Below, piece after piece: positions 1 to 7,942 of a DNA stretch of 64,000 bases. A program made the position numbers and the translations under genes. The DNA is from an uncultured bacterium (lineage in GTDB: Bacteria > Patescibacteriota > Patescibacteriia > Patescibacteriales > UBA12465), in contig OW818634.1 of assembly GCA_942492765.1 (NCBI GenBank), positions 281,159 to 345,158 on the forward strand, given 5' to 3'. Position 1 is the first letter of the stretch; the number at the start of each line of letters is the position of its first letter. The notes beneath the pieces were generated by a model. That model was not told the origin of the DNA. It was given only the letters and a program-made list of their open reading frames with translations, and ran no database searches.

Positions 1-1811
1 GCCTTAATTCTCCTGACCCCGGCGCTGGAAGCTTCCTCCTTCTGGATAGAGAAATGGCCTAATGTTTGCGTATTTTCTACATGAGGGCCGCCACATATTT
101 CCTGAGAAAAGGCTGTTTTCAGGGCTTCTGGGGAAATATTATCCCCCTCCCCCAAACGACAGACCGTATAGACCTTAACTTTTTCTCCATATTTTGAATC
201 GAAAACTCCCATAGCTCCCCGTTTTTTCGCTTCTTCCAGGGTCAATTCTTCGCAGATGACTTTAAGGTTGTCCTGGATAGCTTCGTTCACGAGCGCCTCT
301 ACCCGACCAATTTGGTCCGGGGTCATCTTGTCTGGATGAGAAAAATCTAAACGCAAGCGTTCGGGGGTGATATTAGCGCCCTTCTGCAAGACATGATCTC
401 CGAGCACGCGTCTGAGAGCGGCCAAGAGCAGATGAGCAGCAGTGTGCAGCTTAACAGTCTCTTCGCCGGCATCGGCCAAGCCACCTTTAAATTTCCCAGC
501 CGAGGCGGTGCGGGACAAATCCTGATGCTTCTTGAGTTCAGCCTCAAAGCCAGCGCGATCGATAGTAACGCCCTTTTCCTTAGCTAACTCCTCAGTTATC
601 TCTAGCGGGAAGCCATAGCTCTGATAAAGATTGAAAGCTTCTTCTCCGCTAATGCCGTCAACAGATAATTTATTGAACTCAATCAAACCTTTTTCTAAAG
701 TCCGATTGAATTTTTCTTCTTCCTTATTCAGGTTATCGATAACAGAGGCTCTGTTATTTTCGAATTCAATATAAATACCCTTATAGCCGTTAATCGCGAT
801 AGCTGCAATATCAGCTGTCCATAATTCTTTAGAGATTCCCAATTGACGTCCATAACGGATAGCGCGCCTGATTAGGCGGCGAACGACATAACCTTGATCA
901 GTATTGGACGGAGCCACGCCCCGATTATCGCCAATAATGAAAGCCGCGGCCTTGAGATGATCGGCAATGATGCGCATCGCGCGCGTTATTTCCGGAGTTT
1001 CGCCATATTTATGACCGCTCAATTTTTCTATTTCATTGATAATATCAATAAATAGGTCGGTTCGATAATTATCATCAAAGCCGTTCATAACGGCCAGCAC
1101 TCTTTCTAGGCCCAAGCCAGTGTCCACATTTTTCTGGACTAAAGGTTCAAATTTTCCAGCAGCATTCTTATTATATTGCATGAAGACGTTATTCCAGATC
1201 TCTACCCAGGAATCATTATCATCATTGAAGCTAGCGGGAACATGAGCGGTGTCACCGGTCCAATAGAATATTTCCGTATCCGGTCCGCAAGGTCCGGTCG
1301 TGCCAGCCGGTCCCCACCAATTATTTTTTTTCGGCAATTTAGCGATGCGTTCTAGCGGCAAGCCATTAGCCTTGAATATTTCCGACCAGAGGCTATAAGC
1401 CTCTTCATCAAAAGGCGCATTTTCATCGCCCTTAAAGACAGAAACAGCCAAACGGCTCTTATCCAATCCGAGCCATTTAGCGCTCGTCAGAAACTCCCAG
1501 CTGAAATTAATGGCTTCCTTCTTAAAATAATCTCCCAGAGACCAATTTCCCATCATCTCAAAAAAAGTATGATGCGTCGCATCGCCGACTTCATCGATGT
1601 CGCCAGTGCGGATGCATTTCTGCGCGTCAGTCAGGCGCTTTCCGGCCGGATGCTTCTGGCCTAATAGATACGGCACTAAAGGATGCATGCCGGCCGTCGT
1701 GAACAGGACGGTCGGATCATTTTCCGGAATTAAAGAGGCGCTCGAAATCACGGCGTGATCTTGGCTCTTAAAAAAATCTAAATATTTTTGGCGAAGCTCT
1801 CTTGAAGTCAT
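1..1811 (-). CDS. alaS: Alanine--tRNA ligase, N-terminal ~603 codons; 3' end lies outside the window
   Basis: Not in the ORF track because it runs off the window edge. My minus-strand translation from the ATG at 1809-1811 gives MTSRELRQKYLDFFKSQDHAVISSASLIPENDPTVLFTTAGMHPLVPYLLG...HHTFFEMMGNWSLGDYFKKEAI, and at the window edge GHFSIQKEEASSAGVRRIKA. These are typical AlaRS catalytic and editing-domain signatures. Confidence 0.9.
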   Translation of the reverse strand, partial: MTSRELRQKYLDFFKSQDHAVISSASLIPENDPTVLFTTAGMHPLVPYLLGQKHPAGKRLTDAQKCIRTGDIDEVGDATHHTFFEMMGNWSLGDYFKKEAINFSWEFLTSAKWLGLDKSRLAVSVFKGDENAPFDEEAYSLWSEIFKANGLPLERIAKLPKKNNWWGPAGTTGPCGPDTEIFYWTGDTAHVPASFNDDNDSWVEIWNNVFMQYNKNAAGKFEPLVQKNVDTGLGLERVLAVMNGFDDNYRTDLFIDIINEIEKLSGHKYGETPEITRAMRIIADHLKAAAFIIGDNRGVAPSNTDQGYVVRRLIRRAIRYGRQLGISKELWTADIAAIAINGYKGIYIEFENNRASVIDNLNKEEEKFNRTLEKGLIEFNKLSVDGISGEEAFNLYQSYGFPLEITEELAKEKGVTIDRAGFEAELKKHQDLSRTASAGKFKGGLADAGEETVKLHTAAHLLLAALRRVLGDHVLQKGANITPERLRLDFSHPDKMTPDQIGRVEALVNEAIQDNLKVICEELTLEEAKKRGAMGVFDSKYGEKVKVYTVCRLGEGDNISPEALKTAFSQEICGGPHVENTQTLGHFSIQKEEASSAGVRRIK

Positions 1812-1830
1812 ATGTTTGAATTTTGCCTTC

Positions 1831-2877
1831 TTATATTATATTAACTTCCTCCTCTAAATCAAGGCCGAATTTCTTCTTGATGGCCGATTTTATCTTTTTC
1901 ACCAGCGTCGTGGCCTGGTTAGAGGTCGCGCCGCCGTAATTGACGAAAATCAGCGCCTGCTTCTCGTACATGCCGACCGAACGGAATCTCTTGCCCTTAA
2001 AGCCGGTATTCTCTATCAGCCAGCCGGCCGGAATCTTAACGCGCGTTGCTGAGACCGGAAAAGACGGCATGGCCGGATAGGTTTTCAATAATCTCTTGTA
2101 GGCAGCCGCGCTGGTTTCTATATTCTTGAAAAAAGAGCCGGCGTTAGGCAAGACGCCCGGATTCGGCAATTTACTATTTCTTATTTCCGCGATAACGGCA
2201 ATAACATCTCTCGGAGACGGATTTTCAATCCCCTGCTCTGATAATTTTTCCCGCAACGAGCCGTAATCTAATTTCAGAGATGGCTGCTTGCTTAATTTCA
2301 AAGCTACCGAGTAAATGAAGTAGCGACCTTTCAGCTTGTTCTTAAAGATGCTGTCGCGATAGCCGAAGCGGCAATCGGCCGGCTTGAAGATTTTTTCTCG
2401 TCCGGTTTTCAGATCTATCGCCGTGAGCGAATAAAACGAATCTTTCAATTCCACGCCATAAGCGCCGATATTCTGAACTGGAGCCGCCCCGACAGTGCCA
2501 TATATCAAAAACAGATTTTCCAATCCGCTCAGATTATTTTCCACGGTAAAATTTACGAAGCGTGTCCAAATTTCACCCGACTTCGCTTCGACGATAGCTG
2601 AAACAGCGTTATCCTTTTTTATTTCCATCCCCCTGATCTCATTCTTCAAGACCAAGCCTTTAACTTTCTTAGAAATCAAGATATTAGAGCCGCCTCCTAA
2701 GACCCAGATAGCCTTCTTATTCCTTTTGGCCCAGAGGATAGCTTCTTCCAGGTCTTCTCGACTCTTGATAACGGCGAAAAATTCAGCCGGAGCGCCGATC
2801 TTTAAAGTCGTATACGGAGTCAAATCTTTGTTTTTCTCGATATTTAACATATTTTTATTATAGTCGAAAAATTTCAT
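1831..2877 (-). CDS. murB: UDP-N-acetylenolpyruvoylglucosamine reductase
   Basis: 348-aa ORF. It has an FAD-binding MurB-like N-terminus (TTLKIGAPAEFFAVIKSREDLEEAILWAKRNKKAIWVLGGGSNILIS) and a MurB C-terminal region (AGWLIENTGFKGKRF). It sits beside other mur genes. Confidence 0.9.
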   Translation of the reverse strand: MKFFDYNKNMLNIEKNKDLTPYTTLKIGAPAEFFAVIKSREDLEEAILWAKRNKKAIWVLGGGSNILISKKVKGLVLKNEIRGMEIKKDNAVSAIVEAKSGEIWTRFVNFTVENNLSGLENLFLIYGTVGAAPVQNIGAYGVELKDSFYSLTAIDLKTGREKIFKPADCRFGYRDSIFKNKLKGRYFIYSVALKLSKQPSLKLDYGSLREKLSEQGIENPSPRDVIAVIAEIRNSKLPNPGVLPNAGSFFKNIETSAAAYKRLLKTYPAMPSFPVSATRVKIPAGWLIENTGFKGKRFRSVGMYEKQALIFVNYGGATSNQATTLVKKIKSAIKKKFGLDLEEEVNII

Positions 2878-2907
2878 TCAGTAAACTCTAAAAGATATTT
2901 ACATGTT

Positions 2908-2936
2908 TTGACTAATACTACAAAACATATTACAAT
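2908..2936 (+). promoter_or_regulatory. Sigma70-like promoter for the Nudix gene (TTGACT-N17-TACAAT)
   Basis: TTGACT at 2908-2913, a 17-nt spacer, and TACAAT at 2931-2936, about 27 nt upstream of the ATG at 2963. The same architecture recurs at 33175-33203. Confidence 0.5.
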
Positions 2937-2962
2937 TATTATAATTAAATATAAATATATTT

Positions 2963-3400
2963 ATGAAAATAAAAAAATTAACTTCCAAAGAATTTAAATA
3001 TATATATAGTCGAGTGCCAAGGCTGTGCGTAGAACTTATAATATGCAAAAATAAAAGTGTTCTCCTTACAAGGAGAGACATAGAGCCTTTACGCGGAAAG
3101 TGGCACATTCCCGGGGGAACGGTTCTAATGGGCGAAACACTAGAACAAGCGATTAAAAGAGTGGCTAAAAAAGAACTTGGCGTAAAAATTAATGTTAAAA
3201 AGATGCTAGGCGTTATCCAATATAATATTAAAAATTATTTCAGCCAGCCTATCGGCCTAGCATTTCTTATAGACATTATTTCTCCTAGTAACATCCGGCT
3301 AGACGAGCAGGCTAGTGAAGCTAAATTATTTAAAATTATTCCTAAAAATACCGTCAAAGAACAAAAAATATTTTTAAATAAACTATTAAATAAAAAATAG
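2963..3400 (+). CDS. Nudix hydrolase, GDP-mannose mannosyl hydrolase (NudD/WcaH)-like
   Basis: 145 aa. The Nudix box is GGTVLMGETLEQAIKRVAKKELGV. The overall pattern (P-L-C-V-E-L-I...LL..R...P..GKWHIPGG) resembles sugar-nucleotide Nudix enzymes of the Gmm type. Confidence 0.8.
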   Translation: MKIKKLTSKEFKYIYSRVPRLCVELIICKNKSVLLTRRDIEPLRGKWHIPGGTVLMGETLEQAIKRVAKKELGVKINVKKMLGVIQYNIKNYFSQPIGLAFLIDIISPSNIRLDEQASEAKLFKIIPKNTVKEQKIFLNKLLNKK

Positions 3401-3435
3401 AGCAGTTAATCATTTTGAATAACTGCTCTTTTTTG
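3401..3435. terminator. Bidirectional intrinsic terminator between convergent Nudix and radical SAM genes
   Basis: Stem agcagtta (3401-3408) pairs with taactgct (3420-3427) across an 11-nt loop. A T-tract (cttttttg) follows on the plus strand and an A-run (3392-3400) precedes it, giving a T-tract on the minus strand. Confidence 0.6.
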
Positions 3436-3449
3436 TTTGTCCACACTAG

Positions 3450-4943
3450 CTAGATTCTCACTGCATAATACGGGTTAAACTTTTTTACATAATGCTTCAC
3501 GAATTTTGAAGATAAGTTTTTTGATGTTTCTTCGATTTTTTTTGATAACGCCTCTTGTTTAGTTACGGAATTAAAATCTTCTTCGGAAAACGAATTGATT
3601 TCATTTACTATACCGACATAATAATCGGAAATATTTGTGTCTAAATAGTTCAAATAGCAATCAAGATGTTTTATAACTTTCAGCAGAAATACCTTAAAAT
3701 CACTATCAAAATCTAATATAGACTTCGACGAATAAGTCAGATGCCTTTGCCCTCGGTTCTTTGATAGCACCCCTAATTTTTTACATAAAGAGTGAATTGG
3801 GGTCCCTTCGTATGGGTAGAAAGTCGCAACGCGCACAACATCTGGATTTAATCGAGCGTTTAGCTGTAGAGTTTCTAGAACATTTGCCTTCGTTTCGGTT
3901 GGTAATCCAATCATATTAAACGTGAATAATCTTATTCCGTATTTTTTGATAATTTCAGATTTTTCGACGAAGCTTTGATTGGTCGCCGCGCGGCTCAAGA
4001 TATTCTTCCTTATATTGTAATTACCGGACTCAACGCCAATTCTTATTAAATCACAGCCACAACTCTTCAGGGTGGCAACTTTTTCATCAGTAATGGAATC
4101 AACATGAGCATTAACTATAAAAGGTAAACCGATCTCTTTCTTGAATAATTCTATGAATTCAAGAATAGAGGAAGATAATAGAAAATCATCATCAAAAAAA
4201 TTTACAGCCTTAACATTATTATACTTAAACAAAATACCCTTTATTCCTTCTATAGTCTTATAAAAATCGCCGATTCTCATATATTTTCCTGATCGCTTAC
4301 ACACATTCCTGTAGATATCCTTATACGAGCCGTTAAAACAATAGGTGCATCTCCTTGGGCAACCCCTCGATAATATTAAATCGACCCATCCATTCCTAAG
4401 GTCAATTATTCTCTGATAATCCATAACTTCAACATCAATAAAGGGTAATTTTTCTAAAGATATATACGGCCTTAGGTCATTTTTTATAATTTGACCATTC
4501 TTCTTAAGCCATAAATTCTTTATTTTACTAATATCCCTATTATCTTGCATCCTTTCTACTAATTCCAAAAGAGCCTGTTCGCCTTCTCCCAAGACAATCA
4601 TATCAACGCATTTAAATCCAATAACTTCAGATGGCTTCAGCGTCACATGTATGCCTCCAAATATTATAGGGATTCTGCTATTCACGTCCCTTTTTATAAA
4701 TTTTGCAATCTCTATAGCTACGGGAAATTGATTTGTTGTTGCGGAGAATCCAATAATATCCGGCCGATAATCGTTAACAGCCGTCTTTATCCTTTCTAAA
4801 TCAAGAGGAAAACCTATTGATTCATTTAAATATACCAGCTTAGTTTCGTGCGATTTGGTTTTAAGAACGGCAGAAAGAGTAGCGATGCCTATACAGGGGG
4901 ACGGGTCCCACCCCAAATTAGGAAATATAAATAGTATTTTCAT
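3450..4943 (-). CDS. Cobalamin-binding (class B) radical SAM enzyme
   Basis: 497 aa. The N-terminal B12-binding-like domain reads DIIGFSATTNQFPVAIEIAKFIK...IPIIFGGIHVTLKPSEV...VDMIVLGEGEQALLELVE. It is followed by the radical SAM cluster motif CPRRCTYC (CxxxCxxC). An SD-like aaagga lies upstream of the ATG. Confidence 0.85.
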   Translation of the reverse strand: MKILFIFPNLGWDPSPCIGIATLSAVLKTKSHETKLVYLNESIGFPLDLERIKTAVNDYRPDIIGFSATTNQFPVAIEIAKFIKRDVNSRIPIIFGGIHVTLKPSEVIGFKCVDMIVLGEGEQALLELVERMQDNRDISKIKNLWLKKNGQIIKNDLRPYISLEKLPFIDVEVMDYQRIIDLRNGWVDLILSRGCPRRCTYCFNGSYKDIYRNVCKRSGKYMRIGDFYKTIEGIKGILFKYNNVKAVNFFDDDFLLSSSILEFIELFKKEIGLPFIVNAHVDSITDEKVATLKSCGCDLIRIGVESGNYNIRKNILSRAATNQSFVEKSEIIKKYGIRLFTFNMIGLPTETKANVLETLQLNARLNPDVVRVATFYPYEGTPIHSLCKKLGVLSKNRGQRHLTYSSKSILDFDSDFKVFLLKVIKHLDCYLNYLDTNISDYYVGIVNEINSFSEEDFNSVTKQEALSKKIEETSKNLSSKFVKHYVKKFNPYYAVRI

Positions 4944-4969
4944 GATATCGGATCCTTTCTTTAATTGGT

Positions 4970-5986
4970 TTATGAATCTAATTTTATTTTACCTAGTTGT
5001 TCGTAGAATCGTTCAGTTTCTTGTTTTAATGGACGCCACCATGTTTCATTCTGTTGGTACCAGAATATGGTTTCTGCGAGCATGTCAACAAATTTATACT
5101 CGGGATTCCAACCCAAGTCTCGGTTAATTTTACTGCAATCAATAAAATATTGGCTATCATGACCAGGTCGATCAGAAACAAATTCTATATAATCCTGGGT
5201 TTTATTCATAATCTTCAAAATCATTTTTACCAATGTTAAATTATTGATTTCTTCAGCGGAACTGCCAACGTAATAAGTTTCTCCGATATTATTCGCAATT
5301 AAAACCGCTTCGATTGCCCTACAATTATCTTCTACATATAACCAATCCCTAATCTGATTACCGCTCCCGTAGATAGGAGCCCTCCTATTATCAATAAGAT
5401 TGGTAATTACACGAGGAATAAATTTTTCTGGATGTTGATATGGGCCGTAATTATTCGAACATTTTGTGATTGTTATCGGCAAACCAAACGATTGATAAAA
5501 ATATTTGACTAAATAGTCTGAGGCCATTTTACTAGCCATATAAGGATTAGAAAAACAGTGCTCTCCGTCCTTATCATCTCTTTTTATCAAATCTAAAGTA
5601 GAGACATGATGGAATCTTTTAACCCCGTATTTTAATGCTGCTTCAAGTAAATTACTTGTTCCAACTACGTTTGTTTGCGTAAACACGCCCGGATTAACTA
5701 AGGAACGATCGATATGCGTTTCGGCTGCGAAGTTTACAATGCAGTCTGGTTTATTGTTTTTGATAATTCTATCAACAAATGCAAAATCGCTAATATTACC
5801 TCTAATAAACTGATAATCAAGGATGCTTTCTATATCTTTTAAGCTATTAGCATTACCAGCATAAGTTAATTTATCAAAATTTATAACCTTGCACTGTTTA
5901 TGATTTTTCAACCAAAAACGTATAAAATTAGACCCCATAAACCCCGATCCCCCGGTAATCATTAGTGTCGAGAATATTTCTTTCAT
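4970..5986 (-). CDS. NDP-sugar 4,6-dehydratase family (RmlB-like) SDR paralog with non-canonical active-site motif
   Basis: 338 aa. Features: GGSGFMGSNF Rossmann motif, FDKLTYAGNANSLKD, YMASK (YxxxK), IRDWLYVEDNCRAI, and RPGHDSQYFIDCSKINRDLGW. The family-conserved STDE motif reads STLD here. A strong SD (aaaggag) is present. Confidence 0.8.
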   Translation of the reverse strand: MKEIFSTLMITGGSGFMGSNFIRFWLKNHKQCKVINFDKLTYAGNANSLKDIESILDYQFIRGNISDFAFVDRIIKNNKPDCIVNFAAETHIDRSLVNPGVFTQTNVVGTSNLLEAALKYGVKRFHHVSTLDLIKRDDKDGEHCFSNPYMASKMASDYLVKYFYQSFGLPITITKCSNNYGPYQHPEKFIPRVITNLIDNRRAPIYGSGNQIRDWLYVEDNCRAIEAVLIANNIGETYYVGSSAEEINNLTLVKMILKIMNKTQDYIEFVSDRPGHDSQYFIDCSKINRDLGWNPEYKFVDMLAETIFWYQQNETWWRPLKQETERFYEQLGKIKLDS

Positions 5987-6039
5987 AGTTATACTCCTTT
6001 CAATTTTTAAAGTTCAACAATATAAAGCAATAACTAATT

Positions 6040-6068
6040 AGTTTACATATATTTATCTTTTGTGTCAA
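6040..6068 (-). promoter_or_regulatory. Sigma70-like promoter for the RmlB-like/radical SAM operon (TTGACA-N17-TAAACT)
   Basis: The minus strand reads TTGACA (6068-6063), a 17-nt spacer, and TAAACT (6045-6040), about 55 nt upstream of the ATG at 5986. The -35 lies in the outer end of the left arm of the 6064-6130 inverted repeat. Confidence 0.5.
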
Positions 6069-6130
6069 TATTTTTTATTACAAAAAGACAGGGTGTCCAG
6101 CTCTGTCTTTTTGTAATAAAAAATATTGAC
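6064..6130. terminator. 28-bp perfect inverted repeat (hairpin, 11-nt loop); probable terminator of the mur/ABC operon
   Basis: gtcaatattttttattacaaaaagacag (6064-6091) is the exact reverse complement of ctgtctttttgtaataaaaaatattgac (6103-6130). The right arm abuts the ABC transporter stop codon (6130-6132). The inner part has the A-tract/stem/T-tract form of a bidirectional terminator. Confidence 0.6.
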
Positions 6131-7920
6131 TAATCAACCTCTCCCATCGCTTGCAGCTTCAAGAGCTTGGCGTATAGGCCGCCCTGAGCTGAGGCTAGCT
6201 CCTTGTGGCTGCCCTGCTCAGCCACCTTTCCACCTTCGAGGACGACGATATTATCGGCCTGTTTGATTGTGCTTAAGCGATGGGCGATGATTATCATGGT
6301 CCGGTTCTGACTGATCTTCTTCATCGCATCTTGAATCAGCACTTCGCTCTGGCTATCAAGATTGGAAGTCGCTTCATCAAATATTAAGACGCGTGGATTG
6401 GCTAAGATAGCCCGAGCGATGCCGAGGCGCTGGCGCTGCCCGCCGGATAATTTTATGCCTCTCTCTCCGGTCATCGTGTCATAACCCTTGTCGAGCTTAT
6501 TGATAAACTCGTCAGCATTGGCAATTTTCGCCGCCGCGACTATCTCAGCGCGCGTCGCTTCGGGCCGCGCGTAGGCAATATTTTCCGCCACAGTCAGATC
6601 GAAAATTTCCACTTCTTGCGGCACGATCGCTAAGAATTTCCTAAAACTCTGCAAGTCATAATCGCGCAGATCCTTCCCGTCTAACAAAACGCGGCCTTTC
6701 TGAGGATCATAATGACGATAAGCTAAACGGGCGATAGTCGTCTTGCCGCCGCCGGAAGGGCCGACGAGCGCCGTGACGCTGCCTGGCTGAATCGTAAAAT
6801 TAAGGTCGCTGACGGCAGCGCGCTTATTAACATTATAATAGAAAGAGGCGTTATCAAAACTGATTTCGCCTTTGATATCTTGCGGCTTAAAGCCGTCCGG
6901 CGAGCTGACTATCTCGCTCTCTTCATTAAATAAGGCGATTAAGCGGCTGACGCCCTCACGGCCCTCTTCCATCCGGTCATAGAAACGTGACAAGCGATAC
7001 AAGGAAGCGTAAGCTTTCTCGCTGAGTGTGAAAACGAAGATCAGAGAGCCGACTGTCATGAGTTCTTTATAGACCAGATAAACGCCGAGAAAGAGTACAG
7101 CTGAACGACCGATATCGACGATGAAATTACGCCCTAAGCCGATCTTCATCATCCAGCCATATTGCTTGTTCTCATTATCGCGAATATTCTCTTTGACGCG
7201 CCCGAAGCCTTTCAATTCATTCTCTTCCTGCACGAAAGACTGAACGGCATTAATATTGATTATCGCCTGCCCCATCTTGCCCGACGCGATCTCATAATCG
7301 CGGAAGATGGCCTTCCTAATCGGGTACATCCGCTTATTCTGCCAATAGGTGATGAAGATGAACAGCGGTGCAAAAATCAAAAAAGACAGGCCGATGCGCC
7401 AATCGGACCAGAACAAGGCGACGAGAGTGAAGACGAGCTGGAAGACGGTCGGCAGCACTTCCCAGCAGATATTATTCAAAAATTCGGAAATCTTATCGAC
7501 GCCTTTCTCGATCTTGATTATCTTGGATCCGGTATTCTGGCGCTCATGATAACCGAGGCTGAGCGAGACTAATTTCTCTTGCGCCTTCATGCCCAAAAAA
7601 TATTCAACCTTCACCAGTAATTTCAAGATCCGGCGGTCGCTCAAGTATTGAATATAAGAACGGACCTCGTCGGTCACGAGATAGAGAGCGATCAATTTCA
7701 AGAGGAAAAAGAACTGGTCCTTAGAAAAATTATCCAGGCCATCAATGACTAATTTCAAGATATACGGCTTTCCCAAATCTAAGATAGCTGCCGCCAAGAT
7801 TATGACCGTGATAACTCCGAACAATTTCCTGAAAGACGCTAATAAGCGCCATAATTCCGGCCAGAAGCGTTTCCAGGATATGCTATCTTTTTCAGTTTTC
7901 TTTCCCTCCTCTTGATTCAT
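6130..7920 (-). CDS. ABC exporter, fused permease/ATPase (MsbA/ABCB type)
   Basis: 596 aa. It has six predicted N-terminal TM helices, Walker A GPSGGGKTT, ABC signature LSGGQRQR, and Walker B LIFDEATS. Confidence 0.9.
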   Translation of the reverse strand: MNQEEGKKTEKDSISWKRFWPELWRLLASFRKLFGVITVIILAAAILDLGKPYILKLVIDGLDNFSKDQFFFLLKLIALYLVTDEVRSYIQYLSDRRILKLLVKVEYFLGMKAQEKLVSLSLGYHERQNTGSKIIKIEKGVDKISEFLNNICWEVLPTVFQLVFTLVALFWSDWRIGLSFLIFAPLFIFITYWQNKRMYPIRKAIFRDYEIASGKMGQAIININAVQSFVQEENELKGFGRVKENIRDNENKQYGWMMKIGLGRNFIVDIGRSAVLFLGVYLVYKELMTVGSLIFVFTLSEKAYASLYRLSRFYDRMEEGREGVSRLIALFNEESEIVSSPDGFKPQDIKGEISFDNASFYYNVNKRAAVSDLNFTIQPGSVTALVGPSGGGKTTIARLAYRHYDPQKGRVLLDGKDLRDYDLQSFRKFLAIVPQEVEIFDLTVAENIAYARPEATRAEIVAAAKIANADEFINKLDKGYDTMTGERGIKLSGGQRQRLGIARAILANPRVLIFDEATSNLDSQSEVLIQDAMKKISQNRTMIIIAHRLSTIKQADNIVVLEGGKVAEQGSHKELASAQGGLYAKLLKLQAMGEVD

Positions 7921-7942
7921 AAGCAGGAATAGTACAATATTT

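Noticed and set aside
2908-6134. A 9-bp direct repeat TTGACTAAT at 2908-2916 and 6126-6134 flanks the low-GC island and could be a target-site duplication.
   Set aside because: Both copies are explained by -35-like promoter sequence. The left one is part of a TTGACT-N17-TACAAT promoter. The right one is the mirror arm of the 28-bp inverted repeat that carries the minus-strand TTGACA. A 9-mer match in AT-rich DNA is also weak statistically. No integrase or transposase is present.
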